This document shows positions 52,921 to 64,000 of a DNA stretch of 64,000 nt, one piece after another. The stretch's first letter is position 1. Every line of letters starts with the position of its first letter. Both the position numbers and the translations under genes were made by a program. The DNA comes from Tubiluchus corallicola (taxonomy: Eukaryota > Animalia > Priapulida): positions 135,160 through 199,159 of the forward strand of contig JAQGDQ010000429.1 of NCBI GenBank assembly GCA_030141605.1, read 5' to 3'. The notes below the pieces were generated by a model. The model worked only from the letters and a program-made list of their open reading frames with translations. It made no database searches and was not told the origin of the DNA.

Positions 52921-55900
52921 TCAATTTCGAGACCCACTCCTGCGGTTAGACTCACCGTTCACAGGTGATCGACCTCGGGAGCCGGATCGTTGCCGTGGAG
53001 ACATACTTCTGCAAAATCAAAAATGCGGTACATGAAATAAGTACTTTCATTGTTTATGGTAATAATTATAATTTCAAACTAATTAAATGAGTCTCAGTTA
53101 AACGTGTACAGCATTGTACACATTACAAACATCAACATCAAACAAGAATGGCTTTTTAAGACAAGAAATTTCCATAGTCAAGATACTAGCAAAACTTAAA
53201 GGTGATACTCAGATTTACGCGTGCAAGAAACAAAACACCAGTAAAATAAGCACAATGAATGTATGGACAATAGAATTTCAAATGCAACTTTTTGAGATTA
53301 TGTGAATGACACCACAATAGTCAAGGTTTTAATTCTGTACAGGCATAGTGAGCTCTTTGTGAATGCATGTGGCTACAATTGTGGAACTCGCAAATATCGG
53401 GGCAGCTATTCAAGGATTCCAATCTAAACCCGCATTTCTAACAGTGCTACAATTAAACATTGTTATTTTACATTTGTTATCCAGTTATTTATTCTGTTTT
53501 CCAAAAGAACCTTCTTAGAAGTTGTGACACTTTTTCAAAGACGTTTATTAACTGTAGTTTTGTGCAACACTCAAACTCTGATGTAAGGCTCAAATATTAG
53601 TACTCTACATTTTCAGTTTTCACGAAAAAAATCAGTTAGAATCGAATAGTCAATTAGAAAACCTACCTGCTTCGACTCGCAGAGCGTTTCCTGTCATAAC
53701 TCCGGCTGCGAGAACATCGATCGCGACTGTAACTTCTGGAGCGGCGGCGACTCCTACAAAATACAAATCAACAGCTAATACTATGTTGTATTCGTCTAGT
53801 TGCAATGATACTCAACACGCATCAAAACGTATTGTTTAAGTGCCTAGCCACATGTTGTCCTAAGGAAATTGTTTTTCGTCTTTTACAGGTTAAGGTTAGT
53901 TCACCAGCTGTTTGACAACAGCTATAACAGCCCTAGTGGAGACTAGAATACTACTCTTCTTTCAGGATAGTAATTACAGATGATTAAAGAAGTTGATTTA
54001 ACTAGACCCCAATCACCAATTTTGAAATTACTGAACATTTTAAAAAAATTAGAAAATTGAAGTGTACCAAGTTGCATTTAAAAAGAAATATTGCATTGCT
54101 AGCATAAAGAAATAGTTTTGCTAGCAAATGCTACAATATCCTATCGAGAATTGAGAGAAGATTGGTGACTCGATGCATTTTAAAAAGTTTTAATACATGT
54201 TCCCATAATTTCTTAATTTGCTAAAAGCTTCGAGTAATTTTTCAATAAACACTAAATTAAAAGACAAAGCTAGAAATACAATGTTAGTAGATGTAAATAA
54301 AAAACTTCACATTTTTACAGCAACACCCAAATTTTTGACCTGCTTAATTTATCACAGTACCATAATACTCTTTGGTCAGTGAAGAATGTATCTGATATGT
54401 GTTGACTACGTGGTTGTTTCGATCGATTACGCAACGCAGACAGCTGCATCTGCACGGCAACCGGTTGCGTCTACGTAGCAGATGATGTGTCTACGTAGTC
54501 TACATGACAGATGGTTGTATCTACGTAGTTCTAGACAATAGGTGGCAGTTGTGTGTCTACGTAGTTCGATTATTATGGTGGAAGTTTCGCCTATCATGGC
54601 AAGCAGAAATGGACTGATGGATGTTAATCATTGTGTGCGGACGCTGACCGATCGTGTGGTGATGATCGTGACGCGTTGCAGCAGGTAATGCACAGTAGTC
54701 ATGACCAAATCTTACAGAATCAGCGGCAGAGAGTAAAAAGCCTGTAAGATTCAGGTGTATGAAATTACTACAATGTTTAGCAGTGGTACAACTTACAATA
54801 CATCAGAATTAGAATAAATATAAACAAATGTTCGGCCCCCAAACAGTGAAAAGAGTTCAAACTTTTGAAAGTTGCTTAAAACAACACAATGACCCAAGAA
54901 ACACATTTTGTTTTTGACATACGTAAATTTCCTAATTCTAAGCAAAACATGTTAAAAACAAACTAGGCATGCCCACATTTATACTCGAGTACTTCGGGTA
55001 ATGTTGTATAAACACAATATTTCAAGCATTGACATAAGAGTTACAACTTTCTCACTTAGATATCGCAAGAAAATTTGATAGGACCAACAGCAGTAGGTAG
55101 ATCTCTGCTTTAATTTTCATTCCTATTACTGAAGTTAAACAGTATTTTTCCAAAGACAAGAAAACAAAGTTGGTAAATTACATGATAATTAAGTACTGAG
55201 TAGACGACAATTGTATACACATATAGGCGAGTAGTGAGGTAACTAACGACTGAGCCTCCATCGGGTTTTAATTCCTAGGATTAAATGTACATCAACAGCA
55301 AAATATCACAACGAAGAATTTTACAGTAAAGACACACATTTGCTCCAAGACAGTTTTTGTAAAAATGCTTCCAACTTACCGTGATGTAGAGCGCGATCGT
55401 CGGCGACTGTAGCCAATACGACGAGCACAGTCATACGCGTAATGTCCAGGACGTCCACATTCGTAGCATCGGTCATTGGGATCGAAGCGGCGGCCTCCAC
55501 GAGGAGGAGGTCTACTCCGTCGAGTTTTTCCAGTGGACAATTCCACCCGTACTCTATTTCCGCTAATGTTCCTGAAAACAAAAAATGTCTATATGAAATT
55601 CAAAATCTCTAAAAATCAAGTAAAACTCTAGTAAGTTTTTATTTCCAAATCGTAAACACTGCAGTGTTAAATAGGGACTGATTGAAATCACATCTGTTTG
55701 TGCTGGACCCGATTCCCATTCCGAATCTACAGGTTAATGTAAACAATATTTCATTTGTCTAACCTTTTGTTCGTGTGGTGGTATCGCCTGTTTACATTTA
55801 AGGTCACTGAGTAATTTTAAGTGGAAACACTGCAAACATTGATGTATTGTAATTTTGAATACTTGATCTGCCCTTGGTTTTGGCCAGTCAACAAACAAAT

Positions 55901-56459
55901 CGCCAAACTACACTTTTACTGGAAGTACATGGCTTTAGATTCTTAGCAGACATTTTTGCAGCAATAGCGCTATCCTTGCACATTACTTGCTGTACGAACC
56001 ACAACGTAAAGATTACTGTTACTGCTTGCACTACAAAGCATGGTGGCATAAAAACTTAGCGATACTTTCTGAAGATTATAGTGTAAAATCCAGCAAACAT
56101 TTTTTGCCGGACCCAATCCATTAAAATTACCAGATCTCAGGATCAGGAACCAGATACGCTTTAATCCCTACGGTTAAACACTCCAGGCAAATTTTTTTAA
56201 AATTTTCTGTCATTATAACAAAAAAGTTGCTCCCTCACCTTCCATCTAAACCTCGCACTGAATCCTCTGCATCACGCGAATCTTCAAATTCCACGAAAGC
56301 GAATCCAGGAGGATTCCTTGCCACCCAGACATTCCTCAAAGGTCCATAATACCCGAACGCTGTCTCGAGGTCTTCTTTTGATGTTCTGTTTGCCAGGTCG
56401 CCGACGTAAACCTTACAATCCAGCGGCGTGCCGCTACCTCGACTTCCGTATCGTGACAT
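52921..56459 (-). CDS. SRSF7: SR splicing factor, SRSF7/9G8 type (RRM + CCHC zinc knuckle + RS)
   Basis: Exons 56459-56239 ([22 protein letters not shown]...[27 protein letters not shown]), 55571-55380 ([21 protein letters not shown], near-identical to the SRSF7 knuckle), 53753-53667 (RS) and 53008-52921 (..RRSGSRN*). An acceptor lies directly before the ATG, and candidate 5'-UTR donors occur near 57453, 58558 and 58645. Confidence 0.92.
54361..54741 (-). other. Candidate poison (PTC) exon of the SRSF7-type gene
   Basis: Acceptor atcttacag; in phase it reads R-L-F-T-L-C-R-stop (TGA 54722-54720). It is a GC/CpG-enriched island with repeated CTACGTAG. The donor ATG|gtactg at 54361/0 is tentative. 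Confidence 0.7.
55672..56170. mobile_element. Possible old hAT-like MITE in an SRSF7 intron
   Basis: TAGGGA ... TCCCTA ends, similar flanks (gtgttaaa / cggttaaa) and GGACCC/ATCC subterminal motifs. Confidence 0.3.
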
Positions 56460-59400
56460 CTGTAAAGAATGTGATTACACAAAACTTAAAATAAACAAAA
56501 CAGAAATCAGTGGGAATACCAACGTGCAATAATTTAGCTACTGTATAAGAGTTCAAAAGTAATGGCACAACTTTCAAACACCAACTGTATATCAAATCTA
56601 CAATCAAACAAAACATAATTCTCCATGTTATTACATTAGATGTCTTTGAAACAGAGTTCAAAATAAAACAATGACAACATTATAGCAGTGAAGTGAAAAA
56701 ATTTCTCCCTCAACATGATGAAATTTTACATACCTACTGCAGTGCAAATAAAGTTATGGCATAGACTAATATATACTTGCCTAGAACCCAGACTAACTTT
56801 GGTTAAATGCACACTTCCTATAAATGATACTGTTACTTGTTTGAGCATTCAAAGTAAGCAGATTTATCAAATTAACGTACAATGATACCACCTTGTAATT
56901 GGAAATAAAAGTGTTGACATACACGAGGTGCTATCCTGTCCAGGCTATGTCTGAAAAACCTTATTATAACTAATCAAAGGGGCATGATGGAACAGCACAG
57001 TTCATAGCCATCTAAAACTTGTTTCGAGTAGTACCTGTACTAGGAAGTTCATGTTTTTAACACTATTGCTTTGTTTGTTAACACTAATTCACCGATGTCC
57101 ACGGAACTCTGGAAGGTTGTGGCACGGGATAAGGAGGACTGCTTTCACTTTTGACTGATTAAAAGAACAGCGAAAGAAAATCAATTTGTGCTGATAGAGT
57201 TGTATGGAAAAATTCATAATACCGCACTGCAGAAAAATTGCAAAAAACAAGAATGCAAATCATTAACAACATCAGGATAATCAGCGATATCATAAGACTC
57301 ATAACCTAAGTGCTAATGAGGGCCATCCTAATTTAAAATAAAATTAAGAAAAGGCAGTCATCATATGCTAATTCTCATGGCTTGCACAAAGCTCGAACAA
57401 AATAACACTGGTACTATCTTTAAAATTAAATTTAAAATTGGTAATGTACTTACCACGACCAATTTGCGAAGCCACTACAAAACTGTTCAGTTCCTCCAAA
57501 AGAGCTGAAAAAAATCATCAAAAAAATATAGCATTTAAACTTAGTATATTTTTGATAATAGCCTACCTGGAAAGAGAATATTTTAAAAAAGACAAAAAGC
57601 TGTTGCTACTTTAGTGTTCAGTCATTTCACAAAGTAAAGACAGGAGACATGATTAGATGTTTCAAAATAACTGTGCTCAGTCAGAAACTTATTCAAACAA
57701 CAGTTTCCAACACTATTTTTTTTAATAACTGTTTCCATTGCCTAAGGACATGTCTCACAGAAAAGTTCAAGAAAATATTTTTAGTTATAGTTTCCACAAT
57801 TTAGCATGAGCACAAACCTCAGAATTATATCACGGAAAGATATTACATTTAAGGATGCCTGCTGGCAAAATCCATCCACCAAAGCAGCTTCAACAGTTTT
57901 GCACTACCCAACATGCAAAGGAAAGGCATTATGTAGCCATTTAATTATCTAGGCATTATTAGACATTTAATTATGAACTTGCAGAGTTAAGCGGTCACAA
58001 GAAAAATGCTGACACAACAATTCTGACACACCAAAAATTTTATGTTATTGCGGATTGTGGAAAATTACGTGCATTTCACTAATCACTGCTGCTGAATGAA
58101 AACATTACAGCTTACTGTTACAAGTAATTTCCTGTTATTAGTAATGTTTACTAATTAAAACAGCTGTTACTTTACTCAGTTATGATTATGACACTCTTTT
58201 AACTATTTAACAAAGTGAGTTCCAACTGCTCGAATAAGCACTTATTTCTTATCACAATTGAAGTGCATCCCAAAAATCTGTCACTCCCATCCCGATAAGT
58301 AACGACTTAAGCAAGCGAGATTTCAGAAAAATCACCTTGAAAATTATATTGCTTTATAGCAATTTTATGTGCATATCGTACTCGCATTGAAAGGATTTCT
58401 CGTTTGTTTTCATTTTAAGTGTCCCGCAATACTGTTCCGCCCGCATCATTGCATGATGTCATATATACACAACGTAAATCAGGGGAAGAAAAAGAAATGT
58501 AAACTATGTCCCAAAAAAACTTTCCAAGCAAAGTTACATTACTTAGCATTTCGCTTACCTGTTTGAAAGACTCATGTAACTAGAAAAGAAAATTACTAAT
58601 TATTTAAAACATTTTCATCAATTGGTAAAATGTCGTTGACTCACCTCCAGAGTGCACCACTCACTAACCAAAAAACATATTTTTAATTTTATTGAAAAGA
58701 TACAGTAAATTAAAATTCATTTATTATGATTCATTAGAATGCCCTGAAACCCAAACACCAAAACCTCTAAACAGTCAAAACGGGAGTTTAAATTTAGATG
58801 TTTTATACAGCGTTACTGCCGACACAAGCCCTATATGCAAAAAAGCAATGTGTAAGTGGCATAAAACTTCAAAACGAATTTTTTAAGCTTTATGTAAGTG
58901 CAGGGTTTGCTTGTGTTTTAAGTAATTTACATGTCGCCTTATTTCAATATAGTCGAAACAAGAATCAATGTTATAAGTTAATAAAAACAAAATGGTATGA
59001 TGACTAATAATTTACGAAAATTAATGTATACAGTATTGATTGGTTAAATGGTTGCAAAAGAAATGCAAGTTATCGAAGTCCACCACCCTATTAGGTATGT
59101 TGCTACATGTAAGTAGTTAACTGTTCAATTGTCAATAAATATTCCTTTAATTACTACAGTTGAATTTTTCTATACAAAATTCATTGATTTACTTACAAGC
59201 CTGAAATAATTTACTTGAAATTTACAAAATTGGACAATATGAAATTAGAACATTCAATCACGATTTAAGTCCTAAATAATCACCAGTGGTGAGGGCATTT
59301 ACAGTGGTGAAAGCAGTTACAGTGGTGAAGCCAGCAATATTGTTACACATTAAAATTTGGAAGACTCAGTCACTATTGAGAATGTATAATACTATGTGCG

Positions 59401-59607
59401 TGAATGTGTTAGGCACCTATTATTTTTCATTGCCAACTAGACAATTGCATACAGTTTAGTTAATTTTGTTTACTGGACTATTAATCACTGATATTAGTAT
59501 CTGTAATATTTTTGTTTACATATTTCTGTACTTGGAATCTGCGTGTCTGTATATTGGTACAGTTGCCGCATATAGTACATATATGTCATTGCATATATGC
59601 CATAGCA

Positions 59608-59680
59608 CTATAGTTAAGCAATCGTAAGTCAGAGATACAGGATGGGTGACCATGAATAAGAACCTGCATTGCAGGCAAAT
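59608..59680 (+). mobile_element. Possible 5S rRNA-derived SINE fragment
   Basis: AGTTAAGCAATCG...GGATGGGTGACC resembles the 5S internal control region, but is too diverged for a 5S gene. Confidence 0.35.
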
Positions 59681-59706
59681 CATAATGTGATATATAATGA
59701 CCTAGT

Positions 59707-60020
59707 AGGTATCAAACCACCTGTTTTTCAGTGGGATGCAACACATTTGCCCAAAGATTTCAAAGCTTTTAAACGCTATTGCGAGTTGATGCTAACTACT
59801 CTGACTTACAGTAAAAAAGCAATATCGTGAAATTGTCAATTATATATTATTGTGGATGGGCCCACAGGCGGTTGAGATATTTAACAACCTTACTCTAACA
59901 CAATTACAACGTGATAACCTCACTGATGTGTGGACTGCTTTCAAGCATATTTTGAACACAAGACAAATTTTAGGCTAGCTCGTTTCAAACTGTGAGACCT
60001 CAAACAGGAGCCACACGCAC
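59707..60020 (+). mobile_element. Gypsy-type gag relic
   Basis: Frameshifted GIKPPVFQWDA..LPKDFKAFKRYCELML, NYILLWMGPQAVEIFNNL and FEHKTNFRLARFKL.DLKQE. Confidence 0.6.
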
Positions 60021-60566
60021 AGATCCTAATATTTTTCATGAATAAAATGGAGTTGCATGAGTAAAAAATACATGATTCTCTTTCTTGTTCATGCATGGTA
60101 CAAAGAGTTTGGTCCTTGCTTTTCCTTGCACTAATCTATTTTTTCGCTCCTTTCAGTTACACAATGTCTTTTGTCATTATCTCTCTCAGTTAAATGTTCT
60201 AAAGATGTCTAAATGACGATGTAGTATTTTAATTACATTTCTTTATTATAGTACATGTAATAATTTTATGATCTGGAATTTGGAACCAATACTATAATTA
60301 CAATAAAATAATGAAAGCCTAATAATCCTATTCCTTTCCCAAGAAATGTTCCAGAAAATTTTTTCGAGTTTACGGCACAGCAATTTCTATATTCTGCATG
60401 TCTGTTTTCAGAAATGGGATGGGTTGCTTATAAAAAGAGCTTTACCGTGTTTCATTTGATAAAACTACACAAATTTCAAATATTTTCATTATAACAGCAA
60501 TCATTAATTTAGTTTTAAAAACCACATTTGCTTAGCTGTTTCAAGCTGATTCAAGCCTGGTACGAC

Positions 60567-60723
60567 AATCCGTATTTTTTCGTCAATACCTTTCGCAACA
60601 CAGCAATCCGTATTTTCTAGTCAATATCTTTCCCAGTATGGATTGATCCGTATTTTCTAGTGAATGCTATCGAGACACGGATCCGTATTTTCAGTTGCTG
60701 CAGTTCCGGATCCGTACCTCTAG
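60567..60723. repeat. Degenerate ATCCGTATTTT subterminal repeats (TE end)
   Basis: Four ATCCGTATTTT copies at 38-42 bp then 34 bp spacing, plus GGATCCGTACCTCTAGT. Confidence 0.6.
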
Positions 60724-61419
60724 TGACTGCCAATATTTATTTGGTCATTGTGTGATTAGTTCATCTAATCGTCTCCCAAGCAATGTAACAGCTTCAGAGA
60801 ACACAAGTAAATTTAAAAGTGCAATGAGAGGTGCACGCTCAATGCTAACCATAGGCTATAGCGTCACTAAAACATTCAATGCCATGCTATCCGGTGACGA
60901 AAGCAAAGTATAGCATTCGACAAGCAACATATTTGATAGATAGATAAATAATTTTATTTGTCTCTTGTAATTCACGCAAAAATAATTACACAGCAAAAAT
61001 AGATTGTCAGTATTAGAGAAAGGGTGGCAAAAAACCCTAGAGGCTAGCAAATCAAATCAGCCACCCTTTTAATTAAAATTGTAACAAGAATATCTAGCGA
61101 CGAATATTTGAAAAAAATTACAGGATTTTCTACCCAGTAAAAAAGATTGCTGACGTGTCAACATTTGAAATGAAATACTTACCTCAATTAAAACTAATTT
61201 TCTAAAAGTAAAATAACACAATGATGATTGCAAAACTTTCCAATTACAGATTCCAACCTTGGGGATCAAAGAAAGAAAGAACGCCACCGCAAAAAAGCTA
61301 AATTTGAAAAAGCATTGCATGTTTGAATTGGTTGGGTGAAGCAAATTAAAGGAAAGGACAAATCACTTTGCATAGTGGGTTTATTTTACTGTTATCACTT
61401 AAATTAGGAAAATAATAAT

Positions 61420-62306
61420 TATAACAAACAAGTTTGCAAGAAAATGTGTATAAAGTTATTAAAACATTTTTCAATGTCCCCAAACATCATATACAGTTCG
61501 TTATTTAGCTTCTTATTATAGTCCAGAACAGCCCCCAATGTAAATAGATGGTTGGAAGTGCTCCTTTTTCTGAACCTCCACACTGATATACCCCCTACAT
61601 TTTGTTCAAATCTTTCGATTATTCTGTTCTTTTTTACTTTTTTAAATACTTTACGAATTATATTAGTTATGAAAATTCTCTGCTATTTTTTAAATCCAGC
61701 TTGTTACCATATATTGGCTTGATTTTCATGATCTTCCATACATCAAGTATTTTTTTATCTATCACAAGTCTATTAAACATGCTAACTGAGTTGTATTTAA
61801 AATCATCTCCTTCTGCTTTTACCATTTCATTTTTCCACCTTTACCTATCCTGCGATTTGCAATTTTTTATTTGCTTAATAGCTATTATAGTTTGAGTTTG
61901 ATTTTGTTTGATATAATTTTTTGCTATAAGTTAAATTCCGTTTTTGCTTTGCTTGTGATAACTTCTTTTTACCTTGAGTTAAATTGCATTTTGCTTCTCA
62001 TAATCCTTTTATTATTTGATCATTTTTGCTTACCTTGAAGAATTTAGTTTGCTTTTTTGCTTTTATTTGACATGAGATATGTTTATTGAATTTTTGTATT
62101 GCATCTTTACATTACTGTATCTGTTTTACCCTAAATTTATGCATATAGTGTAACTATTGTTATTATTCACAATCTAACCTCGTATTCAATTCTCAAGAAT
62201 TTCTCACTTACTATTTTTCCGCCCTGTAAAAATTTGACTAGATCAAATATACATTTCTGCTACTTAGTACTTAATTTAATACCAAATCTATTTTTAATAC
62301 TATAAT

Positions 62307-62359
<53 letters not shown>

Positions 62360-62930
62360 AACACCTAAAAAAATGTCATGAGCCTGTAAGTAAACTTGTA
62401 TTTTTAATAAGGGGCAGCTGACCAAGTGACCAATAGGTCTTTCGCTGCTCCTTCTCAGTTGCAATGAAATGTAAAAATAATTATGTCGAATTTTAACTGC
62501 CATTGAGAAAAAAATTGAATTGAATTGAATTGAATTTAGTCACTTGACGTACATGGTTTATATTTGCTAGTGTCTCTATACTCTTATACATGTCATGTAT
62601 CATTTCTTCTACTTTTAAATCCTCTTGGTTTTTTCCTTGTGCTGGAGTCAAAAGTTCTAAATAGTATTTTGCATATTCATCTTGCTACTTATGATTTCAC
62701 TGGGTCTATCCTTTTTTTAAATTCCCAAAAAGGATCATGATCTAATTTATTTCTTTTAATCATCCTTTTAATTGCATTGTTAATTTTTGCTCTTCTGGTT
62801 TCCTGCTGTTGGATTATAATTAATTCGTCAATCAACTCTATTCTCAATCTGTTAATTTCGCCTTTCGTTTCATTTTGTTGTGTGTCCAATTCTTCTGATT
62901 TTTCCTTTTTTCCTTCATTAATTTTCGAAC
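61420..62930 (-). mobile_element. LINE ORF2 relic (RT domains 2-3 and upstream linker) with a nested insertion
   Basis: The - strand reads YQCGG..RSTSNHLFTLGAVLDYNKKLNNELYMMFGDIEKCF and KLDHDPFWEFKKRID. It is interrupted at about 62310-62536 by (TA)n, a stem-loop and a (GAATT)n tail from another retroelement 3' end. Confidence 0.8.
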
Positions 62931-64000
62931 TATTTTTCCTATACGTAACTAGTGGATGTAGCTGGTTTTTGAACTGCAGACCACAGTTTCAACGTTATCT
63001 TTATTGCCTACTAGGCAGTCAGCAGTCGCCATTTTTAATGCTAGTTGTTGACTTCAGCGATTTGATTAATTAATTCGACGGTTTTGCCTCATCAGTCGTC
63101 AGTGAATGATTTTGTTAGGAAGTAAGAAAATCACTTAGAAATACTTCACAGTCATGCAAAATTAACAATGCAATTAAAAGGATGATTAAAAGAAATAAAT
63201 TAGATCATGATCCTTTTTGGAATTTAAAAAAAGGATAAGACTGATCGAAATCATAAATAACAGAATGAATGCAAAATACTATTTAGAACTTTGACTCCAG
63301 CACAAGGAAAAAACCAAGAGGATTTAAAGTAGAAGAAATGATACATGAAAGCATGTATAAGAGTATAGAGACATAGCAAATATAAACCATGTACGTCAAG
63401 TGACTAAATTCAATTCAATTCAATTCAATTTTTTTCTCAATAGCGATTGGAAATTTGACATAATTATTTTTGCATTTCATTGCAACTGAGAAGGAGCAGC
63501 GAAAGGTAATTGGTCACTTGATCAACTGCCCCTCATTAAAAATACAAATTTATCAGCTCATGACATTTTTAGGTGTATATACATATATATATATATAAAA
63601 AAATATACATATATAAACATTATAGTATTAAAAACAGACTTGGTGTTAAATTAAGTACTAAGTAGCAGCAATGTATATTTAATCTAGTCAAATTTTTAAA
63701 GGGCGGAAAAATAGTAAGTGAGAAATTCTTGAGAATTGAATACGAGGTTAAATTGTGAATAATAATAATAATAGTTCTACTATATGCATAAATTTATGGT
63801 AAAACAGATACAGTAATGTAAAGATGCCATACAAAAAATCAATAAATATATCTCATATCAAGTGAAAGCAAAAAACAAACTAAATTCTTCAAGGTAAGCA
63901 AAACTTATCAGATAACTAAAGGATTATGTCAAGCTAAACGCATTTTAACTCAAGGTAAAAAGAAGCTATCACAAGCAAAGCAAAAACGGAATTCAACTTA
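61927..64000. repeat. Large inverted duplication (arms about 61927-62790 and 63156-64000+, ~365-bp spacer)
   Basis: 63156-64000 is the diverged reverse complement of 62790-61927, including the (GAATT)n and (TA)n tracts; it runs off the window. Confidence 0.93.
62310..62356. repeat. (TA)n microsatellite
   Basis: Perfect TA run; a shorter interrupted run occurs at about 46544-46590. Confidence 0.95.

Noticed and set aside
54406-54564. CRISPR-like repeat-spacer array
   Set aside because: The repeats are only 8-10 bp with irregular 12-28 bp spacers, lie in a eukaryotic intron, and no cas genes are present.
59608-59680. 5S rRNA gene
   Set aside because: Only partial, diverged similarity to the internal control region.
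63066-63100. Hammerhead-like CTGATGAGGC..GTCGAAT on the - strand in the inverted-repeat spacer
   Set aside because: Helix II is only 3 bp, GAAT replaces GAAA, and no convincing helix I is seen.

Overview
AT-rich, intron-containing DNA from an invertebrate animal (GT-AG introns, many transposon relics). Exons were assembled by hand from splice sites and phase. Five host genes are supported: (1) the 3' end of a CLIP-170/CLIP-190 gene (+, four exons, two zinc knuckles, ends EQTY*); (2) a convergent HMMR/RHAMM orthologue (-, at least 9 exons, one 2168-nt coiled-coil exon); (3) a glutathione synthetase with an intronless CDS (+); and (4, 5) a tail-to-tail pair of single-RRM SR splicing-factor genes, an SRSF3/RBP1 type without zinc knuckle (+) and an SRSF7/9G8 type with a CCHC knuckle (-). 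Each SR gene has a candidate stop-codon ('poison') exon in the intron just before the RS-domain exons. One is filled with CAAC/CAUC motifs. The other carries four copies of the palindrome CTACGTAG and an internal AUG in frame with the RS exons (split-ORF-like). The rest is decayed hAT transposons, hAT, Tc1/pogo and Kolobok-like MITEs, LINE RT relics, Gypsy relics, a tRNA-derived SINE, an intronic inverted pair of hammerhead-like (Penelope-type) motifs, and an inverted duplication of more than 840 bp that runs off the right edge. No database search or RNA data was available. Exon models, especially the HMMR 5' end and the poison-exon donor sites, are predictions.
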